In this document: positions 20,163-30,291 of the stretch, in pieces
Layout of the letters: each line of letters starts with the position of its first letter
Position numbering within the stretch: the stretch's first letter is position 1
Assembly: GCA_963701295.1 (NCBI GenBank)
Contig: OY969585.1
Span: 160,001 to 224,000 of the forward strand
Direction of reading: 5' to 3'
Origin: Ignavibacteriota bacterium
GTDB taxonomy: Bacteria > Bacteroidota > Ignavibacteria > UBA10030
Length of the DNA stretch: 64,000 bases
Notes under the pieces: generated by a model
What the model saw: only the letters and a program-made list of their open reading frames with translations
Database searches by the model: none
What the model was told of the DNA's origin: nothing
Translations under genes and position numbers: made by a program

Positions 20163-20714
20163 TCAATTCCTCTTCCAGCTCATCATGTCACCTTCTTTAA
20201 TACCGTACTTGTCGGTAAATCCTGCGTTTACTTCAAGAACAAACAACGTCATCGCAGTAGCGGAGTAGGAATCATCCGAGAATGGTTTCGTATTCTTATG
20301 GATGGTAATAATTTCCCCCTGCTTGTTTATAAAAATCATGTCCAGGGAAAGTGGGCAATTCCTCATCCAGAACGAAGCGAGTTGCTCTTCTTCAAGGATA
20401 AAGAGCATTCCCTGCCGTTCTTCCATTACCGGCCGTCCCATCATACCCACTTCGCGTTTTGCTTCATCGTCAGCAATTTCAATATCTATGGAAACGATGG
20501 GCTTGTCATCTCCTTTGGTAAATGTTAGTTCACCCTGTTTCTTGAACATCGGGGCAGCAGTGAGAGTTGAAGTATCTTGTGTGGTTTTTTTAGGCATAAA
20601 AATAATGACGAGTGCGATCACGATAACCGTGAAAGATATTCCTATCTGCATTCTGCGCCTTGATTTCGGTTTAACATTTATTTGTTGATCTGTCGAATTG
20701 TTTTTTTTTGACAT
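20163..20714 (-). CDS. DUF192 domain protein, membrane anchored
   Basis: EIAD...REVGMMGR, GMLF, FWMRN, LDMIFI, VLEVNAG, YGIKEGD. Confidence 0.9.
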   Translation of the reverse strand: MSKKNNSTDQQINVKPKSRRRMQIGISFTVIVIALVIIFMPKKTTQDTSTLTAAPMFKKQGELTFTKGDDKPIVSIDIEIADDEAKREVGMMGRPVMEERQGMLFILEEEQLASFWMRNCPLSLDMIFINKQGEIITIHKNTKPFSDDSYSATAMTLFVLEVNAGFTDKYGIKEGDMMSWKRN

Positions 20715-20787
20715 ATTCTTTCATTCATTCACGAATCAATTCCATTACAATTACTTCATACTATCATGGGTTATCCGAAATTTGCGC

Positions 20788-22491
20788 TTATCGAATGCTT
20801 CCTGCTGCCTTCGGCACAAGTGGAAAATTCGGTTCAATATCAACAGGAATATCGCGCAACCGATCGAGCGCTTGTTGCATTTCCGGACGAACAACACCGT
20901 ATGTAGCGAGCATCTCCTTCGCATTGTTGTATGAACCCTCTGCTTCAAGAGTAAGAATAGTTCGGGTGAGTTCTTCCACCGCTTTCTTTATTCTTGTCTC
21001 ATCAATGCTGAATGTTCCTGCTTTATCATCTATCCAAATCGCTGCTCCATCGGTCAGATAATTGAAGATCAATGAGACAGCCTTGCCATGCGCTTCGTTG
21101 ATACCAAAACGCACAGAACGGAAGGCGCTGGCAAGATAAGTCGTATACATTTCGTCTTCCATCTTTTTTCCCAGCAAACCCTTGTCGACCAGGTATTGAA
21201 GAGCGAAGAGTCCTGTTATATCCGCTTTTGCTTCTTCAATGGCAGAATAGAGATCTTTCAACTCCTTCCGTACGTTTGTCGCTTTTCCATTGACGGTGAT
21301 GTTATGCGGCCCGAGTCCGTGCATCAACTCATGTGCAAGGATATGAGTGAAAAACGCTTCGAACGATACTTTCGATTGCTGTACAGGATCGAGCACAACG
21401 TTCGAAATCGGTATGAGTACTTTGTTGAACTTCGCCTCTTGCATGTTCTTCAACATCACTCGTTTCGATCCTTTGTCGCGGATAACTTTTTCATCGTTGG
21501 GAAGATTGAAAGCCGCCGTTTGTACACCCCGATTGCCTTCTCCTGCGGCATACACAACATCGACAACACGAATTGGAGACATAGCGCCTAACTTCGGGTT
21601 ACGGTACTTCGAATCAAGCGGAAGATTATTTTCAATATCCTGGAGGTACTTGCCAAACTTCGCAAGTTTCGCCGATTCAGCATCATCGCGAAGCGTCACG
21701 AACACTTCAAACGCCGCTTTGTACCCGAACAACTCATCCATATACGTTTCATATGGGCCGATGGTGAGATCGATCGGTGCATCTAATTCCATCCATGCAA
21801 CATCGCTGGCATAATAATCGTCCGAGAGAAATGCATCCGCCCGCATTGAAAGATATTTCTTGAGTGTCTCGTCCTCGGTAAGACCTGCCGCACTTTTCAA
21901 TAATCTACTCGCGGGTTCGAGCCATTCTTGATATTCTTCACTATACGGGACAATTTGTAATGTTCGATCCGGATTTCGGTGAATCGTCGAGAAAAACCCC
22001 GTAGCTTGTTCCCGTTCCTTCTCTGAAAGTGCCCCTATCCATTTGTTGAACTCCTCCTTGGTCATATCTTCAGGATAGTAACTCGCTCCCATGGGCTTTT
22101 CTTTGAGTGCCTTTTCAATAAATGATTCGTTGCTATCGAGCTGTGACCACGGGCCCATATTCATGCGAAAGTAATGCAGCTTCTCTTTTCCTGTTGTTGT
22201 TGAATCAGCTTCAAGCTTTTTCAACAATTCCACATTACCGCGCCATACCTGTCGTAAATAAATCGGATCCATCAATCGTGCGGCTTCGATGATCTTATCG
22301 AGCGCTTTCCTGTCGCTGGGAGAGAGTTTTGAAATGTCAGCTGAAATTTCTGTTGGGACAAATCGGGTGATTTTTTGAGAAAGTGTCATTTCTTCATTGC
22401 CTTTGGTTGATTTTTGCTTATTGCACGCAACAAGAAAGATGGCTAGTAATATTGCCAATACGAAAATCCTTATTGAAGTTTTCATAATCAT
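20788..22491 (-). CDS. Peptidase M49-like (dipeptidyl peptidase III type) zinc metalloprotein, lipoprotein
   Basis: Lipobox LVAC; IGPYETY, AFNLPND, HELMHGLG, EEAKAD, RFGINEAHG. Confidence 0.8.
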   Translation of the reverse strand: MIMKTSIRIFVLAILLAIFLVACNKQKSTKGNEEMTLSQKITRFVPTEISADISKLSPSDRKALDKIIEAARLMDPIYLRQVWRGNVELLKKLEADSTTTGKEKLHYFRMNMGPWSQLDSNESFIEKALKEKPMGASYYPEDMTKEEFNKWIGALSEKEREQATGFFSTIHRNPDRTLQIVPYSEEYQEWLEPASRLLKSAAGLTEDETLKKYLSMRADAFLSDDYYASDVAWMELDAPIDLTIGPYETYMDELFGYKAAFEVFVTLRDDAESAKLAKFGKYLQDIENNLPLDSKYRNPKLGAMSPIRVVDVVYAAGEGNRGVQTAAFNLPNDEKVIRDKGSKRVMLKNMQEAKFNKVLIPISNVVLDPVQQSKVSFEAFFTHILAHELMHGLGPHNITVNGKATNVRKELKDLYSAIEEAKADITGLFALQYLVDKGLLGKKMEDEMYTTYLASAFRSVRFGINEAHGKAVSLIFNYLTDGAAIWIDDKAGTFSIDETRIKKAVEELTRTILTLEAEGSYNNAKEMLATYGVVRPEMQQALDRLRDIPVDIEPNFPLVPKAAGSIR

Positions 22492-22592
22492 TCATCTAAA
22501 AAATTTGGATAATATGATATCAATTTGTTTACAATTTGAGGAATGAAGATGGGAAAAGCAAGCAAAACGAGATCCAAGAGATATGTGATAAC

Positions 22593-22624
22593 AAAAAGGA
22601 GAAAACCTTTTCGGATTTTCTCCC
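22593..22624 (-). terminator. Intrinsic terminator after the PorT-like gene
   Basis: GGAGAAAA/TTTTCTCC stem; A-tract on + gives the U-tract on -. Confidence 0.7.
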
Positions 22625-22668
22625 TTCTCTCCTACTTGCTGCCATTGCAAATGTCAGCGGCAAATAAT

Positions 22669-23277
22669 CTATCTTAAGCTAAACCCATAACCAACGGCAA
22701 TGCTGAACGATTGATTGCTGTTACTTGGGGGCGATGTCTTATTGATGTTTGATAACCCGATGTTATAGCGTATATCTGTAATGATGCTTCCGGGGCCTAC
22801 CTTGAACGCTACACCTGTTCCAATGACAATGTCAAAATCCGAACCAGAAATATATTGACTTATGTCAGTGTCTGTGCTATTTGCATCACTATGTGCATTA
22901 GCGCTTAACTTTATTCCAAATTGCGGCCCTGCAACGAAAAATATTTTCACAGATCGGTCTACAGGAATGTTGTACTTTGCCAATGCGACAATCTCTAGAT
23001 ATGGAATACTGTAGTTACCAGTAGCGCCCTGGCTTGAATAGCCCGCTCCCAGTGAGTTATAAAGCAATTCTCCTTGTAAACCAAAATTTTTGATAAAATC
23101 ATATTCCATGAAACCGCCGAAGAGAAACTTTGTAGCATTGGTATAGAAAGTCGAATTATCGCCTCCGAAAGTGGCAAAATTTAATCCTACTTTCGCTCCA
23201 ACGTCCATAATACCCTGAGCCGAAACCGCTCCGACAAACAGAATAAGCATGAGAGAAATAAGTAGCACGCGTTTCAT
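22669..23277 (-). CDS. PorT-family outer-membrane beta-barrel protein
   Basis: Signal peptide; GAKVGLN, LQGELLY, YLEI, AGPQFG, DIRYNIGL; AAGGAG RBS before ATG 23277. Confidence 0.8.
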   Translation of the reverse strand: MKRVLLISLMLILFVGAVSAQGIMDVGAKVGLNFATFGGDNSTFYTNATKFLFGGFMEYDFIKNFGLQGELLYNSLGAGYSSQGATGNYSIPYLEIVALAKYNIPVDRSVKIFFVAGPQFGIKLSANAHSDANSTDTDISQYISGSDFDIVIGTGVAFKVGPGSIITDIRYNIGLSNINKTSPPSNSNQSFSIAVGYGFSLR

Positions 23278-23378
23278 TATAAATCTCCTTTTGTTAGATA
23301 TAGAAAGAACCATGTGTAATTATGTGATTTAAAGAATAGTGTGGATAAAGTGTACCAAAAATGTAGATATTTTGCAAC

Positions 23379-23415
23379 AAAAAAAGGCTCCAAATCACAA
23401 AAAAGATTCGGAGCC
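23379..23415 (-). terminator. Intrinsic terminator after the DEAD-box helicase
   Basis: GGCTCCAAATC/GATTCGGAGCC stem with an A7 tract. Confidence 0.7.
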
Positions 23416-23447
23416 GATAGCTACCAGGACAGCCTATTGATTATTAC

Positions 23448-25109
23448 TTATACCTTATCACGAATAAAAAGCTTTTTCAATTTCTTTTTGAAACCACCGC
23501 CTTCTTCAATTTCAGAAATCAGCTTACGCCAGTCGGTTTCTTGTGAAGGAGGAATCGATTGAACAAGCGGCTGTTTCTTTACAAACTGCGGCCTCCCTGT
23601 TCCCTGCGATAGCCTGCGCGTGATCTCGTTTCGGCGGCTATGCGATGAAAATTCACGGCGGGATTGGCCGGATGAATCTTTATGCCTCTGCTCACCATGC
23701 GGCTTTTCTGAAAAGTCCTTATGTTTCTGTTCACGGTACGGTTTTCCAGAAGGCTCTGTATGCCTCTGTTCACTGTGGGGTTTTTCTGAAAAATCCTTGT
23801 GTCTCTGTTCTTCAAATGGTTTTCCAGTAGACTCCGTACGCCTTTGATCGCGTTGTGGTCTTCCAGAATCTGTGCGCCGGCGATCATAGCGTTCATCTCT
23901 TTTTCCGTGCCCTCTATTATGCCGATCTTCCGATGATTTCGATTCAGCTTGTCTCTCCGGTGACGGCGTTCTCTTCGTATAATCGAAACCCGGATACCGT
24001 TTTAATTCAAACCGCTTGTCGGTGTACCGTTCAATGCTCTTTAAATATTTCAGCTCCTGGTTCGATACGAATGTAATGGCATCTCCGGTTGCAGATGCGC
24101 GGCCTGTACGGCCAATCCGATGGATATAATCTTCTGCAAATGTCGGCGTATCAAAATTCACAACGTGCGATATCCCTTCCACATCGATGCCTCGCGCCGC
24201 AATATCGGTCGCAACCATTACTCTAAATTGCCCCTGCTTAAATCCCGCCAACGCCCGCTGCCGCTGTGCTTGCGTCCTATTCGAGTGAATAGCAACTGCT
24301 TTGACACCGCTTCGCTCGAGCCTGTTTGAAATTTTATCTGCACCATGTTTTGTGCGCGAGAAAACGAGAACACAATCTAATTCCTTCGATTGGAGAATAT
24401 GGAAAAGCAAATCGATCTTCGATTCTTGCGGAGACGAATAAAAATGCTGCTTCACTGTTTCCACGGGTTTCCGTCGTTCACCGATATCTATCATTTCCGG
24501 ATTGGTCTGGATGGACGCGACGAGCGACCTCACTTCTGGCGACATGGTTGCGGAAAATAACATTGTCTGCCGCTTTGCCGGAACGCGGCTGATGATTTTT
24601 CGAACATCCTGAATAAATCCCATATCGAACATTCGATCCGCTTCGTCAATCACTAGAATCTCAACGTGAGACAAGTCGACGGTGCGGCGATTCATGTGAT
24701 CGAGCAGTCTTCCCGGTGTCGCAGCAACGATATCCACTCCGCGGCGAAGACGTTTAATTTGGCTTTCCATATTGACACCGCCAAAGATGGCGATGCTTTG
24801 CAAAGACGCGAAACGTCCATATCCAGTTATAAATTCGTCCACCTGTTGTGCAAGCTCACGTGTCGGCGTCAGAACAAGTCCGCGTGTCGGATGGCCTTTA
24901 TGAGATGCGGCATGTTGAAGAAAATGATTAAGCATCGGCAGCACGAACGCGGCGGTCTTTCCAGTACCTGTTTGCGCACAACCGATAATGTCGCGTCCAG
25001 CGACGGCTAACGGAATCGCACGTGATTGAATAGCAGTTGGTGCAGTATATCCCGTTGCGAGAATACCCTGCACGAGTCGGTCGTCAAGACCAAGTTTTGA
25101 AAATGGCAT
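23448..25109 (-). CDS. rhlE: DEAD-box ATP-dependent RNA helicase (RhlE-like) with a long charged C-terminal tail
   Basis: AQTGTGKT, PTRELA, TPGRL, DEAD, SAT, ARGID, HRIGRTGR. Confidence 0.9.
   Translation of the reverse strand: MPFSKLGLDDRLVQGILATGYTAPTAIQSRAIPLAVAGRDIIGCAQTGTGKTAAFVLPMLNHFLQHAASHKGHPTRGLVLTPTRELAQQVDEFITGYGRFASLQSIAIFGGVNMESQIKRLRRGVDIVAATPGRLLDHMNRRTVDLSHVEILVIDEADRMFDMGFIQDVRKIISRVPAKRQTMLFSATMSPEVRSLVASIQTNPEMIDIGERRKPVETVKQHFYSSPQESKIDLLFHILQSKELDCVLVFSRTKHGADKISNRLERSGVKAVAIHSNRTQAQRQRALAGFKQGQFRVMVATDIAARGIDVEGISHVVNFDTPTFAEDYIHRIGRTGRASATGDAITFVSNQELKYLKSIERYTDKRFELKRYPGFDYTKRTPSPERQAESKSSEDRHNRGHGKRDERYDRRRTDSGRPQRDQRRTESTGKPFEEQRHKDFSEKPHSEQRHTEPSGKPYREQKHKDFSEKPHGEQRHKDSSGQSRREFSSHSRRNEITRRLSQGTGRPQFVKKQPLVQSIPPSQETDWRKLISEIEEGGGFKKKLKKLFIRDKV
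23643..23837 (-). repeat. Five 39-bp (13-aa) tandem repeats in the helicase tail
   Basis: TESTGKPFEEQRH/KDFSEKPHSEQRH/TEPSGKPYREQKH/KDFSEKPHGEQRH/KDSSGQSRREFSS. Confidence 0.85.
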
Positions 25110-25409
25110 GAATAAATCCTTACTATAAAATGAAGAAACACGCTACAAAAGATGGGAACCAGCAGAAGTTACAAACGCTCGGAGAGTTTATATCGAGTAA
25201 CCGCTTTGTGAGCGGAGGCCGGAATCTTTCCGTGCACTACCTTAGCTTTTATCATCGGAGAGCGAGTCTCAAATGTCCGCTCCCGATGCTATACTAATGC
25301 ATGGATGCGGTCTGTCGCAACTTGCGACTTGTATAAGATACAAAATTTTATGCTCGTTTCCTATGCATTTGTTGAAGTATGATTCTTTTTACACGATATT
25401 CTTTCAGCA

Positions 25410-26579
25410 ATGAATCAGACAGATGTCATCATCATTGGCGCAGGTGCGGCAGGATTGATGTGCGCTATCGAAGCGGGTAAGCGCGGACGCCGTGTGTTAG
25501 TACTGGAACATAATGAAACGGTTGGAGAAAAAATTCTCATATCCGGAGGCGGACGATGTAACTTTACGAATATCGATGCGAGTCCGGCTCGTTATATTTC
25601 ACAGAATCCGCACTTCTCTAAGTCAGCACTCGCACGATATACGCAGATAGATTTTATTTCATTGATTCAAAAGTACACTATCCCGTATCACGAGAGGAAA
25701 CATGGCCAACTCTTCTGTGATGGCAACGCAGAACAACTCATCCGAATGCTCTTAGAAGAGTGTCGAATGGCAAATGTTCAGATTGAAACCGGAGTGAATA
25801 TCCTCAAGATCAATAAAAAAGATGCTTTTCAGGTGATCACAAATAACCAACAACTGACAACTTCTTCCCTCGTTATAGCGACAGGCGGACTCTCAATCCC
25901 TAAGATAGGGGCAACCTCTTTTGGATTCAAGATTGCGGAACAATTCGGTATCAACATTATCCCGCTCAAACCAGGACTTGTACCATTGAAGTTTAGCTCG
26001 AAAGATTTTGAAACTTTTAGGAATTTGAGTGGTGTCTCTATCGAAGCGGAAACCGCCTGCAATGGAATGTTTTTCAGAGAAAACATTCTTCTTACTCATC
26101 GCGGCCTGAGTGGTCCTGCGATTTTACAGATTTCATCATATTGGGATGAAGGCGACCCCATCTTCATCAATCTACTGCCAGGCATTGATGTTCTCAACAT
26201 TCTCACAAAAAACCATCAAAGTAAAAAACACCTTGCCACTATCATGGAACAATTCCTGCCATCGCGTTTTATCAAAACCTGGCTGGAACAACGCGGCGGG
26301 TCAAAGCCGATGAATCAATATTCTCTCTCTGATGTACGAACGATAACCGAAGCTTTAACAAGCTGGCAACTCACACCAATCGGAACAGAAGGTTATGAAA
26401 AAGCCGAAGTCACAGTCGGCGGTATTGATACTCGCGAACTTTCCTCAAAGACGATGGAAGCGAAGAAGGCGCCAGGACTTTATTTCATCGGAGAAGTTGT
26501 AGATGTGACCGGATGGCTGGGCGGTTACAACTTCCAATGGGCTTGGTCGTCCGGCTGGGCGGCGGGACAGGCAGTGTAA
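25410..26579 (+). CDS. HI0933/YhiN (BaiN-like) family FAD/NAD(P)-dependent oxidoreductase
   Basis: IIGAGAAG, KILISGGGRCNFTN, THRGLSGP, GWLGGYNFQWAWSSG. Confidence 0.92.
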   Translation: MNQTDVIIIGAGAAGLMCAIEAGKRGRRVLVLEHNETVGEKILISGGGRCNFTNIDASPARYISQNPHFSKSALARYTQIDFISLIQKYTIPYHERKHGQLFCDGNAEQLIRMLLEECRMANVQIETGVNILKINKKDAFQVITNNQQLTTSSLVIATGGLSIPKIGATSFGFKIAEQFGINIIPLKPGLVPLKFSSKDFETFRNLSGVSIEAETACNGMFFRENILLTHRGLSGPAILQISSYWDEGDPIFINLLPGIDVLNILTKNHQSKKHLATIMEQFLPSRFIKTWLEQRGGSKPMNQYSLSDVRTITEALTSWQLTPIGTEGYEKAEVTVGGIDTRELSSKTMEAKKAPGLYFIGEVVDVTGWLGGYNFQWAWSSGWAAGQAV

Positions 26580-26655
26580 AAAAATAGAAGAAAGAATTTA
26601 AAAATCAAAGTAACTGCTCAGTGTATTTTTTTGTTAGAATAATAGAGAAATCATC

Positions 26656-26794
26656 GAGGCTGCACAAAAAGTACTTTCTTATGTCTTTGCAAGCGGAGCG
26701 AAGCTATCTCGCTTATAGTTTCCGCTTAGAATAGCGGATCGCTTCGTCACTTCGTTTCTCACAATGACTTTTCTCTACTTTTTTGTACAGCCTC
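26656..26794. mobile_element. MITE-like element with terminal inverted repeats enclosing a GTCATTGCGAG-type palindromic repeat
   Basis: GAGGCTGCACAAAAAGTA ... TACTTTTTTGTACAGCCTC; inner GTCTTTGCAAGCGGAGCGAAGCTATC ... GATCGCTTCGTCACTTCGTTTCTCACAATGAC. Confidence 0.65.
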
Positions 26795-26928
26795 TTAGGA
26801 TAAGGTCAAGGAATATATTGTACAGTTAAGAATCAGAAATACAAAATTCAGGCCGATTCTTTCAACGCGAGCTTCTTTAACCATCAACTCGATGGAGCAA
26901 CGAAACGCAGGCGGCTACTGAGGAACAA

Positions 26929-27705
26929 TCAGAAAGACAAGAAATCGAGCACAGTATCGGCAAATTCTTTTGGTGCATCCACGTGGACCCAGTGACCTGC
27001 GTTTTTGATGGTTGCAAGCTTTGCCTTTGGAAAAAGTTTATAGATAAGGGGCAAATCTTCCATTTGAATGTACTCTGAGTTCTCACCGCGGATAAAGAGT
27101 GCCAGTTTATCGAATTGATGATCGCGTGGAAGTTCTTCGTTGATTTGAGCGTAGTTCTTTTCAATGACTTCGAGATTCATTTTCCAATGGAACCTTCCGG
27201 AATCATCTCGAGTAAGATTCTTCATGAGAAATTGACGAAGAGGAACCTCCCGTATTTTCTTCGATAACACTTCATCAATATCTTTTCGATACTCAAATAA
27301 CGTGAGGTCGAGAGAAGTGAGAGCATTAAAAACGTGGTCATGGTGCGCATGATACGAACGGGGAGCGATATCAACCACAATCAGTTTGTCGATGAGTTCT
27401 GGATGAAGCAGTGAGACAAGCGCCGCAGTTTTTCCTCCCATTGAATGTCCGAGAAGCGATACCGAGGAAAGATTCTTCTGATGCACAAATTCCACAACAT
27501 CTTCTGACATCGCGTAATAATTGAACACATCGCTCTGAGGCGACCGTCCATGGTTGCGAGCGTCGAGTACAAAGGTGCAAAAGTGTTCACCAAATATTTT
27601 GCCAAACGAATGCCAATTATCCGACGAGCCAAACAAACCATGCAAGATGATAAGTGGCGGCAACGATTCCAATCCATATGAATGATAATAAAGCTGCATA
27701 TTCAA
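26929..27705 (-). CDS. Alpha/beta hydrolase, YbfF-like esterase
   Basis: LHGLFGSSDNW, DARNHGRS, GHSMGGK, NAGHWVH. Confidence 0.9.
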   Translation of the reverse strand: MNMQLYYHSYGLESLPPLIILHGLFGSSDNWHSFGKIFGEHFCTFVLDARNHGRSPQSDVFNYYAMSEDVVEFVHQKNLSSVSLLGHSMGGKTAALVSLLHPELIDKLIVVDIAPRSYHAHHDHVFNALTSLDLTLFEYRKDIDEVLSKKIREVPLRQFLMKNLTRDDSGRFHWKMNLEVIEKNYAQINEELPRDHQFDKLALFIRGENSEYIQMEDLPLIYKLFPKAKLATIKNAGHWVHVDAPKEFADTVLDFLSF

Positions 27706-27874
27706 AGGAAGAGGTCAGTGTATTTGAGATCGTCACGACCTGTTTCGCAACAAGAGAAACACAAATGAACAATAAAATGAATGATCGGAAAGGTTTAATG
27801 GAAAAGCAATTCATATATTATTTTGCATGTCGGCTGAGTGGATGGTACATTGGAGACAATAAATAAAAGAAGAA

Positions 27875-28795
27875 TTGAACACACTGAAAACAACGACTCT
27901 CTCGCTTAACACACCCAAGGATTTTAACTTTTGGCGTACTGTATACAGTCACGGATGGTGTTCGCTGTTGCCATTCAGTGTGAATAAAGAACGGCCATCA
28001 TTCAATCGACTTCTGACCTTAAGCGACAATTCACTTGTATATTGTCAAATCACCAGCCAAAAGGACTCGCCTCTTAACATTCTCGTGAGTTATCCTCATA
28101 CACTAACAGCTGCTCAGTGTTTCAATATCAAGCACCAAATAGCATCGTGTCTTCGACTCACCGAGGATTATTCTCGTTTTTATCGAGAAGTGAACCGTTT
28201 TCCCAAGTATCGTTGGATTGCCAAACTGAAAGCCGGACGGATGCTTCGCGCACCATCAGTGTTCGAAGATATCGTGAAAATGATTTGCACCACGAATTGC
28301 AGCTGGTCTTTGACGGAAACTATGGTGAATAATCTCACTGGAGAATTAGGAAAGCGATTTGATGGTTCGATAAATAGTTTTCCAACACCGCAAGCGCTTG
28401 CTGGCGCAACCGAACAGTTCTTGAGAAAAAATATTAAGGCAGGCTATCGTTCTCCTTTCCTTCTGGAGTTTGCCAAGAAAGTTGCCGACAATACACTCAC
28501 CGTAGAACAATGGCGTTCTTCTGAACTTCCGACAGATGTATTATTTAAGGAACTTCACTCTATAAAAGGAGTGGGTGAATATGCTGCCGGGAATATTCTC
28601 AAACTCTTAGGGCGCTACGATTACCTCGGGCTCGATTCTTGGGTGCGAGGGAAATATTACGAGATGTATCATAAAGGCAGGGCTGTCAACGACAATACCA
28701 TTGCACGGAGATATGAACAGTACGGCCAATGGCGAGGACTATTTTTCTGGATGGAGATGACAAAAGATTGGTATGATCGCAAGTTTCCATTTTAG
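27875..28795 (+). CDS. HhH-GPD superfamily DNA glycosylase (Ogg1/AlkA-like)
   Basis: SHGW, FEDIVKMICTTNCSW, FPTP, GYR, HhH motif SIKGVGEYAA, DSWVR; TTG start. Confidence 0.85.
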   Translation: MNTLKTTTLSLNTPKDFNFWRTVYSHGWCSLLPFSVNKERPSFNRLLTLSDNSLVYCQITSQKDSPLNILVSYPHTLTAAQCFNIKHQIASCLRLTEDYSRFYREVNRFPKYRWIAKLKAGRMLRAPSVFEDIVKMICTTNCSWSLTETMVNNLTGELGKRFDGSINSFPTPQALAGATEQFLRKNIKAGYRSPFLLEFAKKVADNTLTVEQWRSSELPTDVLFKELHSIKGVGEYAAGNILKLLGRYDYLGLDSWVRGKYYEMYHKGRAVNDNTIARRYEQYGQWRGLFFWMEMTKDWYDRKFPF

Positions 28796-28806
28796 TCATA
28801 AAGAAC

Positions 28807-28838
28807 AAAACCTCCAGCCGAACAACGGCCGGAGGTTT
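28807..28838. terminator. Bidirectional terminator between the glycosylase and lipoprotein A
   Basis: AAAACCTCCAGCCG-AACAA-CGGCCGGAGGTTT. Confidence 0.75.
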
Positions 28839-28875
28839 CGCATTCACCGCCACAGAAGGTGCATGTGAGATTTTT

Positions 28876-29805
28876 TTAATTCACGATATATGGTATTCCC
28901 CATCCTTGTGATGTTACGGGTGTTTGATCATCATAAATCGAGTTGCGTGTTAATGCAGTAACAAAAATGGTATGCCTGCCGGGGAAATCGCCTATCCAAC
29001 TGCGCCGGTAGATACGAGTAAAAGTTCCATCACTATTGGGCGAAGAACTGACCAGCAACATTCTTTCGCGAATCCGCACAACTGCATCATTGGGATGATG
29101 GACAACGACAATATCGCTATCTGGCGAAGTACTTACAACTGTTGCCTGTATAGTAAATTTCCTTAATAAGTCTCGCTGCATAACATGTAATCCATGACGG
29201 CCTATCGCACCTAATTGGAGATAGTCATCATAAGGCGGAGGAGTAATATCGATCGTTTCAGTTCCAATATTAAATGTTACGTCTGTAATACTGATCGTGT
29301 CACTAGGAGAAGTTGTTGTGCCTTGAACCGCGGAAACATATCGTAGTTTCCAGAGAGTACTGTCATTTTTGACAACCTTTACAAATTTTGCATTCCTGAT
29401 TGTAGTAATTGTATCTGGTTTATGAACTAACGATACTGGATTATTTTCCACAATCCATAATTCTCCGATCAGTGTATGCGTGATAGTCGCTATCATCGTT
29501 GTATCGTCTACTTGGGTGTAGGTTACTGTTCGGGTTGAACTATTCATATGCCTTCCCCATCCAAGGATTGAACCGATTGCCGCAGAGATTTTAGAAAGAG
29601 ATGGACCCGGAGTTAATGTCGAAGAACCATCTTCTAATGTTGCTGCATCGCTGGTCAACAAAGGTTCGGAACTTATCGCTTCATCTAACGTTTGCTGGTA
29701 ACCATTGCTTGTACTCTCTGGGCCATTGGGTGTGTGTTTACATCCAACAACCCAAAAAATAAGTATGAACGCAATACCAGTTGCCAAAAAAATATTCCGT
29801 TTCAT
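28876..29805 (-). CDS. Hypothetical lipoprotein A (paralog of 30563-31519)
   Basis: Lipobox VVGC; shares GWGR, TR.SIYDDQ.P and W.IPY.V with the neighbouring paralog. Confidence 0.75.
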   Translation of the reverse strand: MKRNIFLATGIAFILIFWVVGCKHTPNGPESTSNGYQQTLDEAISSEPLLTSDAATLEDGSSTLTPGPSLSKISAAIGSILGWGRHMNSSTRTVTYTQVDDTTMIATITHTLIGELWIVENNPVSLVHKPDTITTIRNAKFVKVVKNDSTLWKLRYVSAVQGTTTSPSDTISITDVTFNIGTETIDITPPPYDDYLQLGAIGRHGLHVMQRDLLRKFTIQATVVSTSPDSDIVVVHHPNDAVVRIRERMLLVSSSPNSDGTFTRIYRRSWIGDFPGRHTIFVTALTRNSIYDDQTPVTSQGWGIPYIVN

Positions 29806-30032
29806 GGACAGTTCCTTTATTTTGATAAGGATGAATGAATTCGATTTATTAGTTTGACTGAACTACAGACAGATTGGTTTAATGTGTACGAAGAATTACT
29901 GTGACGCCTATCACTCAATTAATAACGACATATTCGCTGCGGGGTTCTTTCTTTCCTAGTTCAGAAAGAACAAATTGTATCGGGTCACGCACGATTTCTT
30001 CAAATTTCTTTGTTAATCCTCTCGCTACTACA

Positions 30033-30291
30033 ATGGATAGCCAAAATGCAAGCCGGACGGATGCTTCGCGCACCGTCAGTATTTGAAGATATCGTGAAAA
30101 TGATCTGCACCACGAATTGCAGCTGGTCTTTGACGGAAACTATGGTAAATAATCTCACTGGAGAAGAGGAATAAATGACGAGATGTATCGTAAAGGTAGG
30201 ACTGTCAGCGACAACACCATTGCACGGTGAAATGAACAGTACGGTCAATGGCGAGGACTATTTTTCTGGATGGAGATGACAAAACACTGGT
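30033..30291 (+). pseudogene. Internally deleted duplicate fragment of the DNA glycosylase gene
   Basis: 30033-30165 closely matches ~28214-28346 and is fused to a match of ~28649-28772, with stops. Confidence 0.9.

Noticed and set aside
23643-23837. Regularly spaced repeats as a CRISPR array
   Set aside because: They are in-frame coding repeats with no unique spacers and no cas genes.
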